DNA from: Felis catus
Lineage: Eukaryota
DNA: 64,000 bases
Direction: 5' to 3'
NCBI RefSeq assembly: GCF_018350175.1
Contig: NC_058368.1
Span: 160,396,001 to 160,460,000 of the forward strand
The notes beneath the pieces are model-generated. The model searched no databases, was not told where the DNA came from, and worked only from the letters and a program-made list of their open reading frames with translations. The translations under genes were made by a program, and so were the position numbers. Numbering within the stretch: position 1 is the first letter of the stretch; each line of letters opens with the position of its first letter. Below, piece after piece: positions 23,130-36,721 of this stretch.

Positions 23130-24360
23130 TCTCAGTTTGAATCTCTTGACCAGATTTACTTTCTAAACTTTATATATTAAAATACATTTCCTCTTGGATG
23201 TCTCAAAGGAAATTTAATATAAATATGACCAAAATTGAGCTCACTATCTTACAAAACCATATTTCCCCCAGATATTTTTTTTTATTTCAGCAAATGACAC
23301 AACTTTCATCCAGTTGTACAAGACAAAAACCTACATTTTTCTCTGAAACTTGCACCTTTTTCATTTACCCTTCACTTAATTCTGTCTACATTATCTCTTG
23401 AATGTTTCTTTTTAAAAATTTCTTTTTAACATTTATTTATTTTTGGGACAGAGAGAGACAGAGTGTGAGTGGGGAATGGGCAGAGAGAGAGGGATACACA
23501 GAATCCGAAGCAGGCTCCAGGCTCTAAACTGTCAGCACAGAGCCCGACAGGGGCTCAAACTCATGAACTGTGGGATCTTGACCTGAGTTGAAGTCGGACG
23601 CCCAACCAACTGAGCCACCCAGGCACCCCTATCTCTTGAATATTTCTTAAGTCTTTTCATATTCTCCCCGTTGGCCATCGCCATTAAAGCTGAAGATACC
23701 ATCCTTTCCTTTGAGTTAATACAATAGCTTTTAAATTAATTTGCCACTTTGACTCTGGATAAGTTTCCATTCATTATCTGTGACGAAGCCAGGAGGATGT
23801 TAATGTGAATACGTGTCCATGCCATGTCCCAATGAAAACATTTTAATCATTTTTTTCACTGATGTTAGGATGGAAAACAACATCTTTGGTGAGGTGTAAT
23901 AGTTTCTCTTTGATTTGCTTTCTGCCTACATTTTAATCTTCATGTTCCACATTCTCCTTATAGTCCATTATTCTCCAGGCATCATCACTATCTTTCATTG
24001 TCTTGAATATATCACATTTTGCCCATTTGGATCCTCTTCCTATAGTGCTCTTCTTCCAATTTTAACCCATCATATAGCTGCCTGCCAACTTTCAGAACTT
24101 GCTCAGATAATGCTTCCTCAGGGAGATCTTTCCTGATTTCCCAGACTAGCATTAGGATCTCATATGCTCTCAACGCACCTTATAATTTTCCCTTCTGGCA
24201 CTAAATAGACATCATACTTATATTTTGATTCATGATACTTTTTTGTTACTAATACTTATTTGTTTATCTAAATTGTAAAGTTCAAAGGAGCTCATTGTCA
24301 TTTACAGAACCTAGCACAGTGTTTGTCCCACAGAAGAGGTTAAATACTCAGTACATGAAA
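23130..24360 (+). mobile_element. L2 fragment
   Basis: cttggatgtctcaaagg..accaaaattgagctc; ttcctcagggagatctttcctga; cctagcacagtg 3' end. Confidence 0.7.
23411..23629 (-). mobile_element. CanSINE (SINEC_Fc)
   Basis: TSD tatctcttgaat(g/a)tttctt at 23392-23410 and 23630-23648. Confidence 0.95.
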
Positions 24361-27114
24361 ATGATCATATGAATCAGACCATTCCCTTTGGTATTCCCTT
24401 TACCAAAACTACCTATATTTTTCATATGCACAAATTTTAATACTAGAGTTTAGTACTTCTACAACATCATATTCTACTATGCAATAGAGAGAATACTAAA
24501 TTACAAATATAAAAGTGTTTTATCAATAGTGAAAGCCAAACAGTCCTACATTACAGTAAGCTTTGTTTTTGTACCACGTATCTCCAATTCATTAATTGCT
24601 CTGTATTTTTCCTTAAATAAAAGACTAAAATTGAGCCCACCAGTATGAACACCATTACTTCAACTAATGTATTTTAACATATCATGATTAGGACTTCAAC
24701 TGATCCATGTGGCTTTGGATTCTTCTATCCTAACAAACTGAAATGAGTTTTGTATGAAAGGCTTTTTTACTTGAAAAAAAAAAAAAGAATGTCTTATGCA
24801 TTGAGACTTAAGACAGGTTTTACCTCATTGGCATTTTAGAAGAAGCTCAGAGAACAGGATAGAAATGTATAATATGGAAGCAATTAAAACATTTTTTGTG
24901 TTGTTATTGTTGAAAGACATATGTGCAAGAAAGTTTTAAAACAAAAATGCTTTTCATTAAAGTCTCCTCCTCCATCTCACCCACTCACCCTATTACCATT
25001 TCAGGGACACATCCTGTATACCCAGGCCAGTTTAAATTAAACACATCAATCATCCTAAATCTCAAGAATTACCTAACACTGTGATGAACGGCTCCTGTGA
25101 CTTAGCCTCTTTGGGTTTGCTGTTAGGATTTGCTACCATGTGCATTTATTTTCTAGACTGAGGCAATCAGTCTGATACAAAATTGGAATAGGCAGTTACC
25201 TAAGTTTTTCTCAGAATATCTCTAGAGTGGTCTGCCATAGTGCTTGATATGCCCACAGTCAGGATTATTTTCTTTGATCTAAGACACCCTCAACAGAAAG
25301 TCACTATTCTGACTTAAATACACTTTTTTTTTGGAGTGGTGACAAGCTAAACAGCAAATCATAAATAAATATGATAACTAAGGTGCCTTTCATAGAACAA
25401 AGATCTGTAGAATGAAAGCCGACAATAGGTGCATTTTGAAGGTGGGGTGAATTGAAGGATCTGAAGCCTAAGGTCATGGATTGTATTCTGATCTATTAAC
25501 TTCAAAACATAAGGGGAAATTGGAGGTCACTATGAACATAGGGTAGATGTGTACAGAAAATAGAAGGTCGGTTTTAAGTGGAGATGAGGGGTCCAGGCAA
25601 ACCCTTTTTCTTAAGGCTAGTCTTGTTTTAATACTCTAAATTGCTGCAAAAATACCAAGTAACTCAATTGTTTTTCTAATCAAGGTGTAGGTAATGTATT
25701 TTTTTAAAGGTAGATGACCTTAGACTAAAAACAGAATGTTGCTTTTGAAATAATTATATTTGCAGAAAGGATTTAAAGGGATTTTTAGAACTAGAATAGA
25801 CATGGTAATTATACATTTTCTGCAATCTGACTAGTTCAGCTTGCATACATAACTAAACAAAGGATGAGGTGAACTCATTTAAATGATTGGCTTGGAATTC
25901 ATACTCCAATCTCAAGCACGGAGTATCTGAATATGTTTTTTTTTTTATTTGTTTTTGGTGAGGGGAAATTGATGTATAATTTTCTTTATTATTGTCAGTC
26001 ATGCTTTGTTTAAAATAAAAAACAAAAGTGTGCTAGCATGCTACCTAAGAAAATGGTAGGCTGCTTTAATGCAGCTAAAAAAAAGAGAGAAAGCCCATGA
26101 AAAAAGCATAGAATGTGCCTGTAGCTGTTGAATACAGTTATTTTGTAAACATTTGGAATCTTTCCCAGTTTGGTTAATGAGGTAGCCATTTACTTGACTG
26201 AATGGTCTTTGAAAAACCTTCTGTTTAGTGAAAGATATTTCTTGTTGCTGCCAGGTAATTCCTATCACCAAGTGTATTTGGAGACAACAGTCCAGTCTGG
26301 ATGGCTGGAAGGACAGAGGTTTTTTTTTCTTTTTTTAATCATCTAAATTGATTTTCTTTTCTTGCTCATCAATCTGTATAAAGGAAGGACACAAAAGAGA
26401 ACCAAAGACCAGATTTCACAAGTATCTATTTTTTATTCTTCTGTAAACATTTTCCAATCAACTTTTTAGCAACATGTGGACTTTTATCAATCATTCTCTT
26501 AACCAAGCATTTCAGCCGCCAAACTTCAGAGCCAGCATCTTCCACCTGTCTTGGTTTAAAATCTTTTCACTCACAGGCTTCAGTCCTTCTTGATTACCTG
26601 CCTTCTTTGCACTATACAATGACTTTCCAAATTTCCTGAAAATTTTTACCAAGATTTTATTTTAAATACTTTGATCCAAATGTCCATGGTTCTTCCACTC
26701 ACCTTTCTGCCAAACCTTCTGCCTTCTATCATTTCAGTAGTTAATCTCCCAGTCCCAACAAGGTTTTCTCTAGCCATTATAATATAATAGTCATTTCCTA
26801 ATATATAACTTCCAAGGCTTTTAAATTATCAATTGTTGTACCTGAATGTACATAATAATCTACTCATATTTGCATGTAAAAAGTTTAGTTTTCTGTCTAT
26901 AAATTCACTTAGCCAAGATGTGTGCCTTTATGTTTTTATAGCCTAATCACTGTTTTATTTTTCTGTACCATCACTTTCCTCCAGTCCCATGGTCCTGTAC
27001 CCTAGCATCTGGCCCCCGCCATAAAAAGGAAGGGTAAAGAAAGTCTTCCAGTGATAGATTTTAGATGCAAAACTTAGGTTACAGAGAGAGAAGGTGAATT
27101 ATATTAAGCTGAGA

Positions 27115-27730
27115 AACGTAGAATGGTGTGTAGCTATTGTAGAAAACAGTTTGACAGTTCCTCAAATTATTAAATATAGAGTTGTATTATGATTCAGCAC
27201 TTCCATCCCTAGATATATCCTCAAGAGAAATAAAATCAGATCCATGTAGAAATTTGTACACAAATGTTTATAGCAGCATTACTAATAGTAGCCAAAAAAG
27301 TGGAAATCACTCAAATGTCTATCAATAGATGAATAAACAAAATAAGGTATTCATACAATGGAATGTCATTCAGCTATAAAGTGAATGAAGTATTGATACT
27401 TACTAAGTGTGGATGAATGTTGAAAGCATGATATTAAGGGAAAGAAGCCAGAAACAAAAAGCCATATATTATATGATTTCATTCATATGAAATGTTCAGG
27501 ATAGGCAAATTAATAGACACAAAAAGTAAATTACTGCTTACCTTGGCCAGAGGAATGAATATAGAAAGGAGAAAATGGGAAGTGATTGCTAACGGGCTAG
27601 GAAAATATTCTAAAATCAGATTGTGCTGATGGTTGCTGAACTCTGCAAAATATACTAAAAACCGTTATATTGCATCTTTCAAGTGGGTGAATTTTATGAT
27701 ATGTAAGTATATCTCAATAAGACTTAAAAA
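27115..27730 (+). mobile_element. L1 (L1MB-like) 3' end
   Basis: gaaaacagtttgacagttcctca...atacaatggaatgtcattcagctataaa...tatatctcaataa. Confidence 0.88.
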
Positions 27731-27784
27731 TGGGAGGAGAGGTTGAAGATGCAGTTAAATGTTGAAAAAGAAAGGAAGATGGAC

Positions 27785-28073
27785 TTTTTTTAATTTTTTT
27801 ATTTTTATTTATTTATTTAATTTTTTTTTCCTATTTACAAAGGATTTTATTTTTTTTATTTAATTTTTTTAATGTTTTATTTATTTTTGAGACAGAGAGA
27901 GACAGAGCAAGAATGGGGGAGGGTCAGAGAGAGAGGGAGACACAGAATCTGAAGCAGGCTCCAGGCTCTGAGATGTCAGCACAGAGCCCGACGCGGGGCT
28001 CTAACTCACGGACTGTGAGATCATGACCTGAGCCGAAGTCGGACGCTTAACCGACTGAGCCACCCAGGCAACC
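27785..28073 (-). mobile_element. CanSINE (young SINEC_Fc) with bipartite tail
   Basis: CpG-retaining SINEC_Fc body and long T-rich tail at 27785-27870. Confidence 0.95.
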
Positions 28074-28353
28074 ATGAACATTTTTTTAATTGAAGTGAAT
28101 TCACATAACTTAAAATTTAGCTATTTTAGAGTGAATACTTCAGAAGTACTTAGTACCTTCACAGTGTTGTGTGACCACCTTTATCTACTTTCAAAACATA
28201 TCTGGAAGCACTTCTATCTAGCTTTAAAATGTGTATGTGTGTAACCATAAAGTATGTAACATTTTGTGTCTGATTTTTGTTTACGCATTCATCCATTGAT
28301 GAATAGTTGGGTTGTTTCCACCTTTTGGTATTGTGACTAGTGCTTCTATGAAC

Positions 28354-28409
<56 letters not shown>

Positions 28410-28615
28410 TTTGTTTGAATATCCGTTTTTAATTCTTTGGGACATATACCTAGAAATGGAATTGTGATGTCACATATTCTATGTTTAATCTTTTAAAGGA
28501 ACTGCCTAATGCAATTCTAATGCACAGTCACTGAACCATTTCATATTTTAAGTAGCAATGTATGAGAGTTCAAATTTCCCCACATACTCACCAACATATG
28601 CTATTTTTCATTTTT

Positions 28616-29991
28616 ATTTGAGTATAGTTGACACACAATGTTACATTAGTTCCAGGTGTACAACTTAGTGATTTGAAAACTTTATACATTATGTTATGCT
28701 CACCCCAAGTATAGCTACCATCTGTCCCATTACTTTGCTATTAAAATATCATTGACTGTTTTCCTTAAGCTTTTTATTCCCATGGCTAATTCCATAACTA
28801 AAGGTCTTATCTTTCTCTCCCCTTCACCCATTTTACCCAGTCCCCACTCCCTTCCCCTCAATTTTTCTGTATTTATTATTCTGATTCTGCTTTCTCTTTA
28901 TTCATTTTTTTTAATTTTTATTTTTTATTTTTTTTTCTGTTTTCTTGATTTTATTTTATTTTATTTTATTATTTTTTATATATATGAAATTTATGGACAA
29001 ATTGGTTTCCATTCCATTTATGAGTTGAATCATAAGGTATTTATCCTTTCTAGTCTGACTTCTTTCACTTAGAATAATACTTTGTAGGTCCACAAATGTT
29101 GTCTCAAATGGCATGACCTCATATATTTTTTTTTTTATGGCTGGGTAACTTTCCATTATATATGTATATACATACATATGTACACATACACAAACCACTT
29201 TTTCTTATCCATTTGTCTATTGATGGACACTTAAGTTGCTTCTGTGTTTTGGCTATTGTAAATAATGTTGCAATAGATGTAGGGTGCATATATTTTTCAA
29301 ATTACTATTGTTTTTCCTGGGTAAACACACAATAGTGGAATTATTGGATCATGTGGTATTTCTATTTTTAATTTTGGGGGAACCCCTATACTGTTTTCCA
29401 CAGTAGCTGTAACAATTTACATTCCCACCATCTGTGCAAGAGGGTTCCTTTTTCTCCATATCCTTGCAACACTTGTTTCTTTTCTTCTTGATTTTAGCCA
29501 TTCTAACAGGTGTGAAGTTATATCTCATTGTGGTTTTGACTTGTATTTCCCTGATGATGAGTGATGTTGAGCATTGTTTCATGTGTCTGTTGACCATCTG
29601 GATGTCATCTTTGGAGAAATATCTATTCAGGTTCTCTGCCCATTTTTTAATTAGATTGTTAGTTGGCAGAGTTCTAGTGTTATCTCTTTTAAATGCTGGT
29701 TGCTCTTTTAAACTGTGGCTTGTATTTTGTGCCCAAGGACAGAAAGATCTGTTCCCACTCCGTCAGTACTATCCCTCCCCACTGCTATTCGCAGTATTGG
29801 AAGTTGGGATTCCCTTTGTTACCATATCTCCGTCTCTCTTGCTGTCTCTCCCCATTTCTCTCTCTCTCTCCCTCTCTCTCCCTCTCTCTCTCTCCCTCTC
29901 TCTCCCTCTCTCTCCCTCTCTCTCCCTCTCTCTCCCTCTCTCTCTCCCTCTCTCTCCCTCTCTCTCTCCCTCTCTCTCCCTCTCTCTCTCC

Positions 29992-30023
<32 letters not shown>

Positions 30024-30344
30024 TAGAGAACATGAGTAGTGAAGAGTGGCAGAGGGTGAAAGAGAATTTTAAACAGACTCTACACTCAGCGCAAAGCCCA
30101 ATACATAGCTCCATCCCAGTACCCTGGTATCATGACCTGAGCCACAATCAAGAGTCAGCTGTGCAACTGACTGAGCCACTCAGGTGCCACACCAATCTGT
30201 CTATCTTTGGTTGTTCAATTGTTGTTCAGTCCACCCTCAGTTCTTTTTGAGGAGGGATTGTTCTATTAATAGGTGTAATTTTATGTGTTCCATGGAGGAG
30301 ATGAGTTCAGAGACTTCATATCTCATAATTTTGACCTGGAACCC
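28616..30344 (-). mobile_element. Internally deleted carnivore-type L1 (5'UTR joined to 3' end)
   Basis: 17-bp TSD tgctatttttcattttt at 28599-28615 and 30345-30361. L1 3' end and ORF2 tail at 28616-~29660, then 5'UTR-like sequence ending gacctggaaccc. Confidence 0.75.
29858..30190 (-). mobile_element. CanSINE with (CT/CCCTCTCTCT)n expansion in place of its tail
   Basis: CT repeat at 29858-30021, then SINE body ending gagccactcaggtgccac. Confidence 0.85.
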
Positions 30345-32004
30345 TGCTATTTTTCATTTTTTATATCCATCCTAGTGGGTGTGAGGTGATATTTCATTGT
30401 GGTTTATATTTTCATTTCCTTAATTACTAATGTTACTGAGCATCTTTTCATATTTTATTGGCTGTATGTATATCATTTTGGGTAAATGTTCAAGCCTTTT
30501 GCTGTTCTTTAATTGGGTTATTTGTCTTTTTGTTGACTTTTAAGAGATTTTTGTTTGTTTTTGTATATTGTGGATGCTGGAAACTTATCTGATATGTGAT
30601 TTGTGAATTTTTTCTAGGTTATTTGTCTTTTGCTAGAGAAAACATGCTTACCCATTTTAATGAGAACAAACATGAAAAAATAGGTTAGAGAAAATTTTTA
30701 TTTGAAAAGTACATTCTTTAAACTGTTTTTAGATATAGACATAGATTGGATAGATGTGATTGCATACATTTATTCAGAACCTCAGGTGTTCTGTAGGGTT
30801 AGGGATTTATTTTATAAACATGAAAAGACATTAAATGCCCCATCTTAAAAAGAAAATTGCAGTTCATTGGTCCTTGGTTCAAACCAATTGATTTATTTAT
30901 AAGACCATATTTCAACTCAGTTGGCCTTTTTTATTAAAGGTAATTAAGAACTTTTGGGTCACCTTACATTTAAAAGCTGTCATTAAACTATAGCTTTGAC
31001 ATACGTTAAAAAAGTGAATTATTTCCTCAGGTAGGTCAGCTCTTCTCTACTGTCCCTATATACCCATAGTTTTTTGAGTATGAATTCAAACTCTCATTGT
31101 AGTATGATAATTCTGAGATATTGTGTGGAGAAAAGATGAATAAATAATCAGGTTGCAGATATTGTACAAAGTGCCACTTTTTCCATTTTTAAAAAGGCAG
31201 AGAATCAATAATTTATGACTGCATGTCTCTTTTTCTCCTTGAGGAATTGATGAGATAAAGGGAACTTTTTTTTTTGTTTGTTTTAGTACAAGAATTTTAG
31301 ATCAATGAAGGTTAAAAGTTGAACAGGTTAAAGGAATTCAGTGAATCCCTGAAGCACCACACTGACATTCCAAGACAGAGCTAGTAAAGGTCTCCCTTTT
31401 TTGATGTCACTTTGAAAAAAAATATATTATCAAAATGTCAGCTATTTGGAATATGCATCTCTACCCTGGATCCATCTGTGGGTCTGCTAGAGCTCCATGG
31501 AGATTCATAACTGGATTTCCATATTTCCAGTGATTGTTTACCTCCAATGACCCCAACCAGGTTCATTACAAACTGTCAGGGACTGACTTTAATAACAGAC
31601 ACCTACTTTTTAAATTCCTTTCTGTATTATTTGTCATAACACACACATAGACATTATACACACACACAAACAATAAATCTAAGTTTATTTTCCAAGTTAA
31701 ACTGATCTTGATCAAGTAAGTGGTCTAGAGGCTTTGGATTTATTTACTTAATACTTGCCTTGGGTCAAATAAATATTGTTGCATGTTTTTCTATCTTTAA
31801 CTTGAAGATTATAAAAATCTCAACATCCTACTTTTGGTGATTTCTAGCAAACATCCAGTTTCTAGCTGATTATTCCATACTCAAGTGAGGAAACTCACCA
31901 TGTCTTGGGAGAAATAAATTTTTAGCCACCACAAATGCATTTTCATAAACATATACCTGTGTGTGTACATGAAACCTCTTATTATTTTTAAATGAGTAAT
32001 GCTA

Positions 32005-32210
32005 TCCCTCTTCCTCCTTTTTCTCTTGTTCTTTTTGTTCTTGTCTTTCTCCTCCTCCTTCCTTCTCTCCTTTTTCTCTTCCTCCTTCTCCACCTCCTCC
32101 CCCCCACTTCTCTTCTTCTATTATTACTACTATTCTATTTTTATTACTTTTTTTACTTTATTACTTTTTTACTTTATTACTTTACTACTTTATTACTATT
32201 ACTATTATTC
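32005..32210. repeat. Low-complexity CT-rich and (TTAC/TTAT) tract
   Basis: Direct reading. Confidence 0.85.
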
Positions 32211-34385
32211 CCCCTATTTCTCCAGATGAAGGGACTTAGACTAGATTAAGATAACTGGTCAAGAAAAGGCGTTCAATAGTAGCCAGTCCAGTTTCAGAAT
32301 CTACTCTATTAAACTCCTATGATGAGCTGGTTCACAATGATGTGATTCACTCATTTACAAACCCACATGTACATAGTTCATCCATTTGCCTAATTTTTTT
32401 TTTCTGTGAGAACCATATAATTGCTAAGCTTTAAAAAAGCCCCATCCTTATGGAGATCAATGAGACCTCTTCCTTTAAAATAAACTGTTTTGCTTTATGG
32501 GAGACTTCAGTAGTTTCCCTTTTTCAAACGAAATTACCTTCTATAATCATTCTACTGATGATGGTATTGTATGGGGAATGACTTACTAATTTTAGTACAA
32601 GATCACTATCTGAACAGCATCCCAGAGTAATATTTGTTCCATATGATGTATTGCCTTAATACTGAAAGCTGTTTTTCAAATTGTGCAAGAGTTCAGTTCT
32701 TATTATACAACTCTGTGAAAGAGAGGTATACTCTTGTATCTCTCACTAAGCTATCATTTATTTTAGTACTCTGAGTTTTCTAGCTCTAAAACAGGAGATA
32801 GAGATGAAGATTGCAGAAAAGGAAACGGGTTACTTTTTTCTGGTTCATGCGATCTCCTTAGTGTTTAAATTACTATGACTCCCTATCTCTTCTGAGACCT
32901 TCTGTCACTCTCTCTTCCCTACCTCTCTCTTTATCCCCATTCCTCCTTTTAGATATTTAGTCCCATCTAAAAGAAATAACTTTTCTTAACCCAGTCATTG
33001 CTTTCACTCTTGAGTTACATCATTCTTGATACGTTTATTTGTATAGAATGTGGTCTAAATTTGCTTTGTATTTTCCTTTCCACGTTTTCTTCTCCCAAAT
33101 CATTACAAATAGGCTTATGTCAGCCCTACTTCACTGAGAGTCCTCCCACATAGAGTATGAATGGCTTTCTTATTACCAATACCACTGATTCTTTTCAGTC
33201 TTGTCTTACTTACCTTGACCACATACACTTTAAAAATCTTTCTTCAGTTTATTCAACAGTTCAGTCTTCTAATTCTACATTTCATACCTCGTTTTCTTTA
33301 AAGGTGCTGATTGCTCCATTTGTTATATAAATGTTACCATGTTACAGAATTTTATCCTAAGTTTACTTAATTTTACAAACTTCCAGTCATTGAACCATCC
33401 AAAATAATGAAATAAACTCTTAGCTAAAGGATATTAAACCTGTAAATCCCTCAGCTTTCTTAAATACTATATCTGTATGTTACTCAAGTTTTCCTGAATT
33501 TACCAGGTTTCCTTTCATCCTATTTTATATCCACTTAAGTCTAGGCTGCACATTTATTCTGTCTGATTTCAGGAAGCCCATACCTTCCCATTTGTTCTAA
33601 AAATCCTCAGAGGGAACTTAAACTGGTGCTCATTATTTACTGTTTTAAACTTGTGTTTTGTTAATTCTGGCCATCAAATCACTGCCTTTCTGTATTTCAT
33701 AGCTGTGTTGAAGCCCTTCACTCTATACCTGACATTTATCCTGATTTTCATTGATGCCACCCTACTGGCTGTTCCTCTGTTCAGGACTGATCAGCTACCA
33801 TGTTGCTGGGACCCACTTATCTTTTTTAAGTTCTTGCTTGAGAGATCCTTAGAAAAGCTTAAAAATCTTCTACAATCAAAATGCCTGTTTGGGACAAAAT
33901 GTCTTCTCCCTAATATATGAGAACGTCTTTTGTTTTATTATTCAAAGCATTTTAGTTTTCTTTTCCTCAACTTTTACTTTACAGAATAGGCCCTGAGCCT
34001 GAGACTTAACTTTGTTTAAATAAAATACCCATGAAAATGTTCCCATTCAAGAGAACATTCTCCACCAAAGACATATTCTGCCTCTCTACCTTAAACAGTG
34101 ACAAGAACTACAGAGTTTTAAATTGTGTCATCTATTTCCTCACTTCAATTAGGGATGATGTTTAGGTAGTATATACCCTATAGACATAAAATTGCTAAAA
34201 TTATAAAGTATTTCCATACTAGTTAGTTAATAGTCACTGTGTGAGCCTTACCTCCAACTTCCTCCCCCACAGTGTCCTGCCAGAATCTTCCCACAGCTTA
34301 GTAAGTAAAGACCTGACACCTGACTCTGCACTAGCTCTAGGACTCTGTGTGCCAGGTGGCCTTCATTGATGAGCTTGTTGAGCTA

Positions 34386-34580
34386 TTTTTTTAAATGTTT
34401 ATTTATTTATTTTTGACAAAAGTGGGGGAGGGGTGTAGCGAAAGGAGAGAGAGAATCCCAAGCAAGTTCTGTTGTGTCAGTGCAGAGGACAACTCGGGTC
34501 TCCATCTCATGAACTTTGAGATGATGACCTGAGACAAAATCAAGAGTCAGATGCTTAACTGACTGAGACACCCAGATGCT
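34386..34580 (-). mobile_element. CanSINE
   Basis: TSD gcttgttga at 34373-34381 and 34581-34589. Confidence 0.92.
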
Positions 34581-35186
34581 GCTTGTTGAACTGACTATTC
34601 AATATTTTGAAAATCATCACCAAATATACACATTTCTGAGTGACTACTGGACATCACTGAACTTAACATTTTCCTCTTCTCTCACTCTCAGAACAGAAAT
34701 AATAAAATAAGAACAACCAAAAAAAACCCCACAAAAATATGCATCTCTGTTTTTGTTCTATAATTTTTCAGTAAATTGAAATCAACCTCAGAAACCAAAA
34801 TGTTCCTCTGTGTACTTTTGAGGGCTCAAATCCAAATTGTACCCAAATTCTATTTCACCTTCTCTTCTCCACATCTATGCCATTCTCTCTGTTTTTTCAA
34901 TTTTGTTTGGATTAAACACTGATACCTAACACTGTTGTAATAAATCATAATTCCTGTCCCTGCCTCCAATCTTGTTCCTTTGAAATTCTTCTTCCACAGA
35001 GCTGCCAGAGAGTTCTATCAAAATCCCAAATCCTTAGCTTGTTTGAATCCTGCAGTGATGCTCTATCTCCTACAAACCTCTTTGACTTGATATTTAATAC
35101 CTTTCATAATATGGCCTACATATCAGACTCCTCTTTTGCCATTCTGTCATATTTACACTGGATTTTACCTTTACTAGACTACTTTT

Positions 35187-35412
35187 TTTTAATGTTTATT
35201 TATTTATTTTTGAGACAGTGATCATACATGTACATGTGCTTGCGCAAGCAGTGGAGGGGCAGAGAGAGGGAGGGAGGCAGAAAATCCCAAGTGGGCTCCA
35301 TGCTGTCAGCACAGAGCTGATGCGGGGCTTCAACCTATGAACCTTGGGATCATGACCTGAGCAGAGATCAAGAGTCAGATGCTTAAACTGACAGAGCCAC
35401 CCAGGTGCCCCC
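35187..35412 (-). mobile_element. CanSINE
   Basis: TSD actagactactttt at 35173-35186 and 35413-35426, followed by (ACA)n. Confidence 0.95.
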
Positions 35413-36143
35413 ACTAGACTACTTTTAATAACAACAACAACAACAACAACAACGATAACAACAACAACAAAAACTCATTGGCTTGGAACTCCTTTCTTTA
35501 TTTCTCCTCTCAGCCCTCTACTATTCATCCTTCAAGAATCAGCTTAAGCATCACTTACTCTGTGCAGCTTCCCCTAATTCCCTGCCTACTCTCCACTTCA
35601 TTGGCTATTTCTTTTTGGGGCAAGTTTTTTTACACCACAGTTATCAAATGTACAATACAGCTTTGTATGCTCTATCCACTTGTCTGTCTCTTCCACTTGG
35701 CTTAGAATTCTTTGAGGGCTGTGATTTTGTTTTAATCTTTATTTCAGTGGTACTTAGTATACTGCCTTGCATTTATTAAATTACTGAATGAATAAACATA
35801 ACTACATAATAGCTTTTTCATCTTGGGATTTGTACATGAAGGACAGTATTTGTCAATTAGGTTTCTAGAGACTGAAAGTAAATCGAATCTTTCCCCCTAG
35901 GTATTGTGAATAATCATGTCAACCTGGTTTCTTTGCTTAGATGAAAATACAGATAATTGTATTGGAAAGGTGAAGTTGCCAAATGACAAAATGGGTGATC
36001 ATGGTACATAGATAAATGATTCTCTCTTGTGTTCTGAATTTTCTAACTTAATTTTCTAGTTAATTTTCATTACAAAGGCAACGTCTCATACTGTAATGAA
36101 ATGGAAAAAATAATATTTTTTGCCTTTTTAAAATTTATTTTTT

Positions 36144-36358
36144 GGGGTACCTGAGGGGCTCAGTCGGTTGAGCATCCGACTTCGGCTCAGGTCATGATCT
36201 TGCAGTCTGTGAGTTCAAGCCCCACGTTGGGCTCTGTGCTGACAGTTGGGAGCCTGGAGCTGGCTTCGGATTCTGTGTCTCCCTCTCTCTCTGCCCCTCC
36301 CCCGCTCATGCTCTGTCTCTCTCTCTGTCAAAAATAAATAAACATTAAAATTTTTTCA
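36144..36358 (+). mobile_element. CanSINE (SINEC_Fc)
   Basis: Full head, A/B boxes, CT block and tail. Confidence 0.95.
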
Positions 36359-36480
36359 AAAAATTGTTTTTTAAGGAAAGACAGTATATTGTAAATAAAA
36401 CATGATTGAGTCAACTTTTACAAGGCAGAAAATTCAAAAGTGGGCAAAGGCAAAGAAGGTATGAATAGAAACTAAAGTTG

Positions 36481-36680
36481 GGGGTGCCTGGGTGGCTCAG
36501 TCATTATGCGTCTGACTTTGGCTTAGGTCATGATCTCATGGTTTGTGAATTCAAATCCCACATCAGTTGAGTTCGAGCCCCACTTGTGTAAGCTCGAGTC
36601 CTGGCTTGGGGTGACCCCAGTTTCTCTCTCTCTCTGCCCCTTGCTCACTTACGTCCTCTCTTTTCTCATAAAAAAAGAAA
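36481..36680 (+). mobile_element. CanSINE variant with tandem B-box units
   Basis: Normal head, then three ~22-bp gagttcgagcccc-like units. Flanked by taaagttgg direct repeats. Confidence 0.88.
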
Positions 36681-36721
36681 GATTAAAGTTGGAACCCAAA
36701 AGTACTTGCTAAAGGAAAAAA

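Larger units (their letters stand above)
28081..30620 (-). mobile_element. L1MB-like 3' fragment hosting the 28616-30344 insert; contains (TA)n at 28360-28406
   Basis: L1 antisense motifs run to 28615 and resume at 30362 (ccatcctagtgggtgtgaggtgatatttcattgtggttt). Confidence 0.8.

Noticed and set aside
29434..30250. Longest ORFs (201 aa, 185 aa and overlapping frames)
   Set aside because: Antisense L1 sequence plus the stop-free CT repeat and SINE; not a gene.
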